From: Amphiscolops sp. MND2022
Lineage: Eukaryota
Assembly (NCBI GenBank): GCA_964187785.1
Contig: OZ076413.1
Span: 40,858,001 to 40,922,000, forward strand
Length of the DNA stretch: 64,000 nucleotides
Direction of reading: 5' to 3'
Of this stretch, positions 34,201 through 46,200 are shown one piece after another. The notes under the pieces are model-generated. The model made no database searches. It was not told the origin of the DNA and saw only the letters and a list, made by a program, of their open reading frames with translations. Position numbers and translations under genes: made by a program. How positions within the stretch are numbered: the stretch's first letter is position 1; the number at the start of each line of letters is the position of its first letter.

Positions 34201-37200
34201 AATGAGATGGGTCAAAAAATGCCCTTTTTGAGCTGCGGACGCACCAACATTACTTTAGCATTCCGACCGGTGCCGCAATATTAATCGGCGTCATTTGTTC
34301 TCCAACTTGTGGGAGGTTCAGTTGGCGGTCAATTTCAAAATTGGCTTGCTTTCACAATGGATGCTCACTATGATTCGCAAATTAAATCAGTCGTCGCTCA
34401 CACCAATTACAGTGGACCTGCAAGACAGATGGGATCTGGAGGTGGGCTGGGAGCTTTTGCCGTCCGTATGGGACGTGTGGCCATTCCTCTAGTAAGGAAA
34501 TACGTTTTGCCTGTAGCAAGACAAGTTGGCAAAAACTTGCTTGAGACTGCAATTCCCGAAATTGGAGATGCCCTGACAGGCAAAAAGAAGCCCAATCGGA
34601 AACTTTTGGCCAGTGTCGCGAAAAAGACTGCTGTAAAAACAATGAGTAAAAACTTGCCGGCGGGCGTCGCACTTCGCCCGGGCGGCGGCGGAGGCAGCGA
34701 GCGGAAACCGGGGGCGGCTCGACGGGTGACGAATGGCAGCGTCGGAGGCGGCGAACGGCCAGTGTCAGCATTGGTCAACAGGAAACGAAACAGTTCGACC
34801 AGCATTTCGCGAAAAACAGCCGCCAAAAGAAGTCGGTCCAAAATTTTGTCTGAAATTCAATATTCCAATTGAAAAGTCGTCAAGCTGGCGTCCGTCAACA
34901 ATTTATTTGTCGGCAGTGCAAGCGAGATTGCGAGGCCCGTGACACACAGTGCGTTGGACTTTTTCGAGAAACCAGGAGTTATGATCAACTATGAAGGAGC
35001 CTACGATCAAGAAGTTTTTCCACACGTGGGTTGCCGTGGACCTCAATTGGACTTTTTTGTTGCTGCGGAAGCGAAAAACCTAATCGACTTGAATCGCATC
35101 ATTCTTTGCGTTGAAGTAGCAATTTATCTTGAAGATGGCAAGACAAAAGCCAAACCTGGTGATGTTGACGTTGTTTTCTCCAACAACACTCTTCACACGC
35201 TCTTCTCACATGCGGAACTTTACCTAAATGAAAAATTGATTTCTCACAGCAATAATTGTTACTTGCATTCAGCATTTGTAGAGACTGAACTTTCAACCGA
35301 CACGGAAAGCAAAGACTCATGGGCCGAATGCCAAGGATATCATTATTTGGCCAAGTCGAGTGGAAAAGATCAACAGTTTAACAAGCTCGCTGCCAGCTTT
35401 GCAGAAAAAAAGGAGTGCAAAGTTCAGCTCTGCGGTGCTCTCCACCTTGACTTTTTGGACTGTGAGAAATTTTTGCTTCCAAATGTAACTCTACATGTGC
35501 GTCTATATCGATCTCCGAACAACACTGTTCTCCATCTAAAAGGTACTGACGACGATGCCAAGAACCTTGACGGTAAAATACTTCCAGTTGTTGAAAAAGC
35601 CTCTCTCTTTGTTCGAAAAGTGGTCGTGACTGACAGTGTCAAATTGTCAATCGAGAGGGCATTATTGAAAAGTGAGGCAATATATCCCTATATTGAAAGC
35701 TTGAACAAAAGTTTTATCATTCAAGCTGGACAAAATTGTTTCATAAAGGAGAATATTTTTGGGACAGAGCCCATTCGGCGTCTAACTTTGTGTATGGTGA
35801 AAAATTCTCTTTTCCGGAGTACTCCACTCAATGAAACGCCATTCTCTTATCAAAAGTTCAACTTGCAGCGAGTAGAAATTCAGCGGGGAAATGGGGTTCC
35901 GCTCGCAGGAACTCCACTAGACACCACAAACAATGTGAGGTTATATTACAATACGATAACAGCACTCGGCTTTAAGGAAAAAAGTAACGGAATCAAACTT
36001 GAGGATTACGAGGACAATCATTTTTTCCTTGTCTTTGACCTGACTTCAACAGAGGAGGCTAGCAAAAACTTTACACTCTTTCCCGAACTCACCGGTTCCA
36101 GCCTAACCTTAAAGTTGTACTTTGAAAAAACTCTGGACGATGCAATCGAGTTATTTTTGATTGGGGAACGGTTCAGTCAAGTCACTATAGATTCAGCAAG
36201 AAATATAAAGAAAAACAGACCATATGAAGGATAACGCAACTCTAAAACACATGATCCTTCGCAACTCCACACTGAGCGTAGCCTTTGCGGGAATTTGGTC
36301 AGCAGACAACTTCAACTTGCAACCAGTCACAACTGAAACGACCACAAACTTTCTCGCAAGCGAACGATTGGTTTGGTTTCAAATTGTAAATACTTCCCCG
36401 CGAAACTCACATGGATCGCACTGGTTGCTTCTCGGCGCTACTATTGCGCAGGGACAAAAGAAAATGCAGGTGTTCGTGTGGGACTGTTTGGGTCAACCAG
36501 TGTCTGTCTACACAATGTTTTTCAATCGCCTGAATCAATTGTATGGAAAAACGGGATATCGACAAATTGCACTCAAACTTCAAAATGCTAGTTCCAATAT
36601 GTGTGGTCTCTATTGTCTCTTTTTGATTCACTATATAGCAAAAAAACCCTACGAATTGTCTCAAATCGATGAGAAATTGAAATTATGTAGTGAAATTGAA
36701 ATAATCCGTTTCATAAATGATAAATACAATACATTATTCAGATATACTGTGTTTTGAATACAAATAAACTTTCATAGCAACCGTCTTTTCATTTTCATAA
36801 AACTAGGCTAGGCCATGCGTCGCGTCGTTTTCATCGCTACTGGAAGAATAGTCTACAATTTGTATTTTACGACGACTTTGACTTCAATTTTCTCGAGGGA
36901 AGTTGCTCATTGGTTTGAATACAATCATCACCACTCGACTCTTGGGCCTCGTAGTTGATAAACGGGCAGTTTAACTTGTCTTGGTTTTCATCAGCCTCAA
37001 GGTCTACAGACAAATTGTCCCAGTCAACAATATCCGAAAGCTCATCAACGTCGGGTATTGAAGTTTGTTGATAAAGACCAGGATCGGGGGCAGCTGAAAG
37101 AAAACCAAGATCAGACTGGCATGCTAAAAGTGCAGGCTCTTGAATAAATGTAGCTTTGGAATCGATACTACTACTCACTGAAACTCGCCGATTGCCATGC

Positions 37201-40200
37201 TCTTTTCAGGGGACTGCTGTGACTCGGTAAAGAAGCCGACGATTCATCTGATGAACCACTACTACTACTACTTTCGTGACTGTCACTTGAGGAGGAAAAG
37301 CTAGTGTTGCTACTGCTGCTGCTTGAGCTCCTCAAACTCTCAGTCGGTAGATTCGTCATTTGTGGGTTCAACGGAACCTACAAGAAAGTTTTGAAAGTTT
37401 TGCACTTGGGCAAATCTTTTAATGAAATTGAATAAACTAACCTCGGAGAGATGAAGGTATTTTATAATGACCATAGGCGAGAGAATTGATTCCATCATCC
37501 ATTATGTACCGCTTGTCGTCAAACGAGCTGAGAGCTATTTTGTCGACAGAGTTTACAACAATTTGATGATTGAAGGAACGAAGTTGAGTCATTCTTTTGG
37601 TGAAGTTCTTTTTCGATAGAAGGCATTATTTGAAAAGATCGTGATGTAGAGTCTTTTTAACCGTTTTGGAGACCCCTTTGGCGCTCTGCTTCTTACCTCC
37701 AACAAAATCTATACTATAAAGTTTGGACCTCAGACATACTACCTCGCGAAGGATTTTGCCCTGCAGTTCATCTGTCATTGTCAAGGGGACCTTTTTGTTT
37801 GTAGGATCATACAAAAAATGTTCACGTGGATAATCTGAAAGGTCCAGTAGGTGCTTGAAACATGCCATGTCTTGGTACAAGTCATTTGTCTCGATACAGT
37901 ATAGGAGGGAATCAGTATCTTTGTATGCCAGTTTCAATCGGGCTGCAGTATACCGAGGAATCATCACTTCGTAGTGGAATTTGTAGAGAGAAAGTTTTGA
38001 TAGATCTAGAATAGCAGCACCAACCGGAGTTGGTTTGTCCCACACCACACAAGCCATTTTGAAGGAAACACTCACAAGTTTTTCGTTGATGACCTGAAAA
38101 GACTTGAAAGATGCTTTCTCAACAAAAGATTCCGCCTGCTTTGCACTTGAAACAAACTTTAAGTTGCTGCGCTTCCGTAGATTCTCCATGGTCTTTCCAA
38201 AGCAAGCATTACTCATCAGTTTGAAAAAAGCCTTCTCGAAATCATTGTCTGCTTGTTTCCGCATTACTGTGTTTTTTTTCTATATAGACACCGAGCCACT
38301 TGCTCTGTTTGAATTCGCAAACACGATGCACTCTGTCTACAACGAGACCGTGCTTAACGTAGAATTTCAAATTTTCATAGTGACATACATAGTTTTTCTT
38401 ATCGAAGAGAGTCTCTATCAGTTTGGCTGTTTTGCTCGGCTTAACACCGAAGCTTTCAGCATAGTCAGATAGCCAAGATTGTTGAATTATCTTTTTCTCG
38501 GGTGCCAGCGGGAGGCCATTGTGAGCATCGTGTAAATGCTTGGGATATAGAAAGTCAACTTCAACAAAGTAACCCAGAGGTGAATCAGTTGGAGTATCAA
38601 GCAATTAGTGTAGAGTGATAGACGTGTTCCATTTGTAATCTCCGCTTGGCATCAATTGTTGCATTGTACCCGCGTAAAGGGATGTTACATCGAAAAAGGC
38701 ACCAAAAGTAGTCGTTCCACTGGAAGCAAAACTCGGTAATAGAGGATTGTTAGCCGTAAAGTGACGAATTTCACCAATTCCATTGACTCCCCCACGTATA
38801 CCACGTTCGAAAAACAATAGTTTATCAATATCATCCAGCAAACCCAGCTTGGCTTCAGTTGAAATGAGCATAGCGTCCCAACTGAGGTTAGGGGCTGAAA
38901 AGAAGTGTGCCGGATCGAGTTTGTACACCTTGATGCAAACCCTTCTAAAGTTTTCAAAAATATCAGCAAGAAGCAAAACGTCGGTTTGTAAGTAAACATC
39001 ATGATACTCGCCGAGTGTTTTACAAGAGAATGCATTGTAGATAGAAACAGCTTCATCAAACTCTTCATTAGTGATATCGATTGATCCCGTCAACGAGTTT
39101 TTCCAGTCGTTACCATATGGTGGCAAAGGTGCTTCAAACTTGCTGAAGCTATCCAAAAAACCGTAGGGAAAATAACCCTTTTTAATGAGTTTTTTGAATA
39201 ACCCCTCCGAAATGTTGGAGAAGTAGCCACGAAGGTGAACGAAATCCTTAGACTGCAACGTTTTTGCCAAAGCGTCAAGACTTTGAGGCATAAATTGTAA
39301 GCTGTCGAGAAATCTGAGCGAATGATATAGTGACACTATACGATTACGTTTGTCCTTATAACTCCCAACGGGTACGGCAATACTAACAGAAGTGTAGGTT
39401 TCATCAGTCTTGGATATTGCTGAAAGTTTTTCACCAGGTTTCAGCTGTAGATTTTTTAAAATGTGGTGCGAATCATATCGAGAAATTTAAAAAAAAATGG
39501 GAGGAAGTTTGATGATCTTGCTCTGAGGTTGCATTTTGAATGTGCCACCCCAAAGATTTCACCAGTCAAATGGCAATGATGAATGACCCGAGTTGACTTT
39601 TCAGCATTCTTGCCACAAATACAACAGATTTTTGAATCTCCAGATAAATATTTTTCCCGCTCCGATTTTGAAATTCGGAGCCAGCGGAAAGTTTGCTTCT
39701 CATGATAACACCACAGTGTCCATTCACGCATAACAGAAAGTAATTTGTCGATACAATTCTGGCCGCGATAGAAGGAGCTTTTCATAACACCATCAGCTGA
39801 AAAGAAATATTTGAAGCCCAGAAAAAAATTTTGAAAACGACAAAACTGAACCACTCACCTCTCATGTCAATTAGAACAGCTCCGTAACTGGCAGGGTACT
39901 GTCGCTCAATTTCACGCGTTTTGGATCTTGCGTCGGAGCCCGATTCCGACTGTGGCACATTGATCGCCTCCAAATCAGCGTATACCGTAAAAGGACATCG
40001 TTGTGTTTTTTGCCAATTCACAAATTCAACAACTCGGTCTTGCCCGGGCATCACAATTTCCAGAGGGACATTAGTTTCACAAAACTTCAAGTGCCTTTGC
40101 ATGTTTTGTTTTGCTATCGGCTGGTAACAGTTGCGGCAAAAACGGCTCTTCGGGCCCGCTTCTCGTTTTTTGGGAGATCGTGATAAATGATGAATAATGT

Positions 40201-43200
40201 TTGAGAAATTTTTTATCAGACAATAGTGACTGCGCTTTCCATTGACAAGTCTTAAAAGATCCACTCGGCGTCTTGACTTCTTGTTCTTGCTGCTGTAAAT
40301 GTTGATGAGTTTGTTGTCCTCAAGTTGGTAAACGTTGATCGAGCACTTATTTCTCATTTCAAATGAGCGAATTCCCGAAAGCGGCATTGGCATTTGCTTG
40401 GGGTCGAAATTCAGTTTTTCAATGTTTTTCATGACTCTTCGGTCTGAATGGAGAACCAACAAAAGAAAATAACGCAGCTGCAATGCAATATAAAAAACAG
40501 AAGCTATCTTTTTTATTGACGATGTTCAATAAACTTTTTTTGAGATTTCGAAGGATTGGAGGAGTCTCAATGTATGTGCCAGGAGGTGAGCTGGCAATCT
40601 GAGCTGTTTTAATTTCCAATCGGGAGAGTCTATCGACAACCCAGCCTGAACCGCCAGTGGCAAACATATTCAGCTGAGACATTAGCTGATCGACATGACC
40701 CAAGAATTCATCCATAGTCATTTCAACTGACACCCTTGCCATATTCGAATTGAAGTAAGCTTCAGTTGTTTCATCTAGTAAAGGTTTCATGAGGCGAACG
40801 GCGATTGAGAAGCCAATCCTAACGCTTCTCGCAACTTGCAATTTTGAATTAGTATAGGCCAGTAATTCGTTTTTGAACGACACCAGGCAATTGAACGGGT
40901 CAATGAACCCCAAATCTTCCATTTTCATTCGATGGATTTGAAAGCGAGAATTGAACGCCTGAGTGGTAAACTCTACAGTTGCTGACGCTGAGTGGGTAAT
41001 TGGTAGAGGTTGGTGCAAATGGACTGTTTCCTCATGTTCGTTCAGAGTTGTTAGTGAACCAAAAATAGTTGGACAATCAGGACATCGATGGCTTTCATTC
41101 ATATTATGCTGAGAGCGTAAATGCCTCAGCAAATTTTTAGTTTGAGTGAATGCTACAGAGCAGTGGACACAATGAAAGACTTTGGTTGCGTTATTGGTAT
41201 TGGGGTGTTTCGTTCTGAGATGATTAGTGAGGGCCCGTTGTGATACAAGAATTTTTCCACATTCACGGCATGAATACATTTTAGACGAATGCCCTGTTTA
41301 GAATATTTGTCATCATAGTCTCGTTCCAATCTTTCTATGCTCATGAAATTTCGAAATTTGAATTACACAAAGACGCACATTTGATTTTGAACTAAAGCAA
41401 TAGTTACCAGAGCCGCATATGCGGTAAAGGAGTCGGATTAGGTCTTTTTCCTTCTGACTCGCTCGAATACCAGTCATACGAATTTGATAAAATTGCACAC
41501 AAAGAATCATGATATGGTGTAGAATGACTCTACAAAATTTCGTTCGAATCGTATGGACAGTTTTTGAGAAAATCGAAAAATGGTTGTTTTTGGCTATGTT
41601 TCTCACATTCCAGTCATACAATTTTGACGCCATTGCGCAGACAGGGGCCCCTTTCGGTGTAGAATGATTGTGCAAAATTTCATGAAAATCATATGGACAG
41701 TTTTTGAGAAATTTGAAATTTTCATAAAAGGTCGGGAGAAAAAACGATCCGATTGCATAAGTAGTCGAAAATTTTTCCGACTCCTAAAAATTTTCATCTG
41801 GAATGAGACTATGATCGATGTTTTTTTCAATGGAATTTTACCCTGTGTTTCTAAGTTCCGGAATTCAGGAATAAAAGGGTTTTCGTTGTTCAATCAGAAA
41901 TATCGTGTTTCCTTGAATTCTTAATCAATTCTGTGTTATAATTCTATTCAATTTTGTTCTTTTGGCTACTTTCTATGATAACTTTCGTGAATTGTCAGGA
42001 AATGGCAAAATTAGTTGATAAGATCAATAAAAGTTGAATCTCAGTTACCATTGTTGAAATGTATTGAATTCAGAATGCACCTTCATCATTAGTTTGCATT
42101 AGTAAACATTCATGACAATTGGCATACATTCCGCTCAGTATGGTTATAATGAACTTTAACCTTTCTGACTTAGAATAATTTCGGTCGGGAGCCCTAAAAG
42201 TGAGATAGGTTTCTGTCTTAGAATAATTTCGGTTGGGAGCCCAAAACATCATTAAACCCCCCCCTGCTATTACTACTGGCAAGGAAAATATTTAAATCAA
42301 ACGGTTTTTTTTACAAAATTTGCCAAGAATTAATTTCACCGAAACTAAATTTAACTTTATGGGTGTTACCCATAGAATTCAACTCACATAAATTTAGCTT
42401 GGGGCGATATGTATTTGTGGAGAATTCTGGATTTTTTTAGTTGACCCCAAGGACCCCAGAACGACCCAAAATTAAGAAAATTTGCAAAAAAAATTCCAAA
42501 TTTTCTACCTTTCAATGCAATTTTTTGATAAATATCGTGAATTAGAACTTTGAAAACGTTCAACAAGGCACGAAATCGTTGTCCAGTAGTCTTCTATAGT
42601 GAGATAATTGCTGTTTTCCAAATGTAAAAGATCTCGAATAGACACCAAAAATGACAATCCAAAAATTTTCCGATGTTTAACGTTTTTATGCAATTTTTGT
42701 CAAATTTTCGATTTGGTCAGATTCAAGGCAACATCGCCACGCAAAGAAACTTTCCGCGAACTTAAGTTACATCAAGAAAATTGTTCAAAACTGAAGTTGA
42801 AAACTACTGTTTTGTTCACATTTGTTTATAAATACCCGACCGATAACCGACCGAACTCGAAAAAATGATAATTGCACAGCCCTATCGACCATGCCTCCAA
42901 AAAACTTTAAATTTGTGCGCAAAAATTTCAATTTCAAGCGGATACATGCAACCTTGAATAAGTTGGTTATTTAGCGTCTACAGTAAACCCTCGATTATCC
43001 GCCACCATTGGTCCAGCGCAAATTATGGCGGATAAGTGAGAGTGGCGGTTAATCAAGGGAGCTTAGACGCGGGTGTTATAGCAAAATGTCCCGGTAGATT
43101 TGTGGCGGATGACCAAAGTTGGTGGATAATCGATCGAGTGGCGGATAATCGAGGGTTTACTGTACAGGAAAAAAGTCTGTAAACCTAGAAAAAATTTGTC

Positions 43201-46200
43201 TGCAAAAATTTGGTAATTGAGGGGGGGAATGTGTCGGTCATAGTGAAAGAGATCCTTGCTTTCTAATAATTCCTAAAATTCTTCAATGACTTTTTATACA
43301 ATTTTTAATTTTTTCCACATAGGTTTTCGCGTGTGGGAGGAAGAGGGAAAAGTTCATTCGCAGCTTGTTTTTCACACCCCTTCCTTTTCTGAAAACTAAA
43401 TCAATATATTGAAATGCAAAAGTCAGCATAATAAATAATTTGTAAAACAATTAGATGAATTAATCGTTTTGAAAATGGCCCAACTTTAGCCAATTCATTC
43501 TGTTCCGCTTTGAAGTAATTTTCACAAATTCGCGTAGTGTGGAGAATAAAACGGCAATAAAATTAGAGAAAGCCAAGCATCGGTGGTTCAGTGGTAGAAT
43601 TGTCGCCTGCCACGCGATAGACCCGGGTTCGATTCCCGGCCGATGCATTGTTTTTTAACAAGTGCGTATCAATCAAAATTATTCTACAAGCACTGAAAGA
43701 ACAAAAGTATAAATAGCAATTTTGAATGAAAATGAAACTAATTTACGTGTTGCTCCTTCAATTAGGTTCAATTTATCGTCTTGTTGGCTCCTATTCATTG
43801 CTACGAGAATGAATTTGCAGTTCCATAGCTCCGAAAATTGAAACGGACTCTACAACTACTCGGCATCTCTACATTTTATGTTCGCGCTCGGGGACACTTA
43901 CCTGGTACCGGCACCAGTATTTTTTCGAAATTATTACAATCAGCTATGTACCTAGAGCCATAAACGCAGTAGCGAAGCGAAGCGACGTGCCACTACTAGT
44001 CCAGCGGCTGGTTTTGAGGAAGGAGTGGCGCGAAGCGCCGTGAAAGGAGGAAGGTCAAGTCACAACCAATATTTTCGATATTATGCTACAATGCAGTAAA
44101 CTGAATTCTTCTGTTTGAGACCTACATGCAGAGATGACCCAATAATCAATGATTATAGAATTTACAATAGCTTTTGCTAATAATTAAAAATTAATAGAAT
44201 TCTATTATAGATCCAATTTTTGTCAATAGTATGATTATAGCTTCAATCCTTGCGCCCATCTAGGGTAGTCAGCTAAGGACAAAACAGTTGATTTTTTTGA
44301 AAAAAATAACGAAACATTAAAAACCAACTAATTATTATAACATTCAACGATGAGTCTAGTTTTCAAACTTTGAGGCGAAATTCGCATTCTTCTATTCATC
44401 GAGAGGTAGTTTGGATTACTCGATTATGATTGGTCAATAATAGCGGCAATTAGAGGATTCTATTATAGAAATTCCAAATATGTTCATATTATAGCCGCTC
44501 AGGCATGCTAGGTTTTCACGGCTGAAAAATCAAAGCTATTCAAAAGCGTCGAAAGAATTCCACAAGCAGCGATTATTTTCAGGTTATAATTTGAAGAGGT
44601 TAGCATATTTGTTGTATGGCTCTGTCGCTTCGCTCCCTTCGCCAAGTAGCAACATTGAGGCATGGCCATATGGCACGTCGCTCCGCTTCGCTTCGCTCCT
44701 GCATTTAGGGCACTAGGAGTATGTGGACATAGCTACTTGGCGAAGGGAGCGAAGCGACAGAGCCATACAACAAATATGCTAACCTCTTCAAATTATAACC
44801 TGAAAATAATCGCTGCTGTGGAATTCTTTCGACGCTTTTGAATAGCTTTGATTTTTCAGCCGTGAAAACCTAGCATGCCTGAGCGGCTATAATATGAACA
44901 TATTTGGAATTTCTATAATAGAATTCTCTAATTGCCGCTATTATTGACCAATCATAATCGAGTAATCCAAACTACCTCTCGATGAATAGAAGAATGCGAA
45001 TTTCGCCTCAAAGTTTGAAAACTATACGTTATCGTAATTAGTTCGTCGCTTGTGCTGTATTCATTTACTGAATTTGATTGGTTCATTGAATGAAAGTTTG
45101 GTCGCGTGACTATGACGCGCAGTATTTACTGCGTGTAAACTGCTTTCGACGCTTTGAATATTCTACGATTTGAACCGTCCCCGTTCCGTGTATTTGAACT
45201 TTTATTACAAACCGTGACACGACCGCAAAACTGACCAATCAAATTCACACAATTTAACCAATGCAACCACGTGTAATTCGTGATAATCATCACGTGACGT
45301 ATTAACGCATTCATTTCAGAATACACTTTGAGTGCAGCGGCGTCTGTTCACACTACAGTAGCGTTCTAAAATATCGCAACTCCAATGCTTAAAATTGCAA
45401 ATTTCAAATCCAAATTTCTTGAAAACTGTCACAAATACGAAAAAGTGTCAGCTAGGAAAGTTTCTTAGAATTTTATCTAGTTCACAAAAATGTTTGTTTG
45501 AAATTTCTGCGACAAAAATTACAAAAGTTAGAAATTGGAAATTTTGACAAAATTTAATCAAATTTGTACTTTTTCTGGATTTTCACAAAATTGAAAATAT
45601 ATTTTTGAAAATTTTTCAGTCAATCATTTGCCCCCAAATCTCCTGAGGATGCCGATATAATTTGATCGGAAAACTTTTTCGATTTCAAATAAAAATCATC
45701 AATTTTCTAAATACAGTTATTATAGCCTATCTTAATACATGTACTTCAGTGCTCATAGACACAAAATATAGTGTATTTTTTCTGATTCGAAAAAAATTCT
45801 CGATCAAAACAATTCAGTAGGTTCGGGAGATTATAGGAAGTTTCCCAATTAAAAAAATCCAAAAAAATTATTCTAAGTTACTCAATTTTCGAAAAAACTC
45901 AAATTTCAATTAAAATTTACTAAAATTTGCAATTTTTAACTTTTTCGGTAACGGTCGTAGAAATTTCAAACAAACAATTTTGTAAACTAGATAAAATTCC
46001 AAGAAACTTTCCTAGCTGGCAAAATTTTGTATTCGTGACAGTTTATGAGATATTTGGTTTTGAATTTTGTCATTTTATGCTATGAGGTTGCGATATTTTA
46101 GAACGCTACTGTACATAGCGTGAATCAGGCTATTTGAAAATAGGCATTTGCATTCTCTGAAATAGGCGCAGGCATAGGTAGGAAATATAGCAGGAATAGC

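Larger units (their letters stand above)
28019..42277. mobile_element. Complete Maverick/Polinton (adintovirus-like) element, 14,259 bp
   Basis: Termini AGTAGT...ACTACT; TIRs 28019-28258 and 42085-42277; 6-bp TSD GGCAAG (28013-28018, 42278-42283); full core gene set. Confidence 0.97.

Noticed and set aside
34382-34841. Minus-strand ORFs over the basic Maverick protein
   Set aside because: GC-rich antisense shadows with no domain signal; similar shadows over pPolB and the LINE were also ignored.
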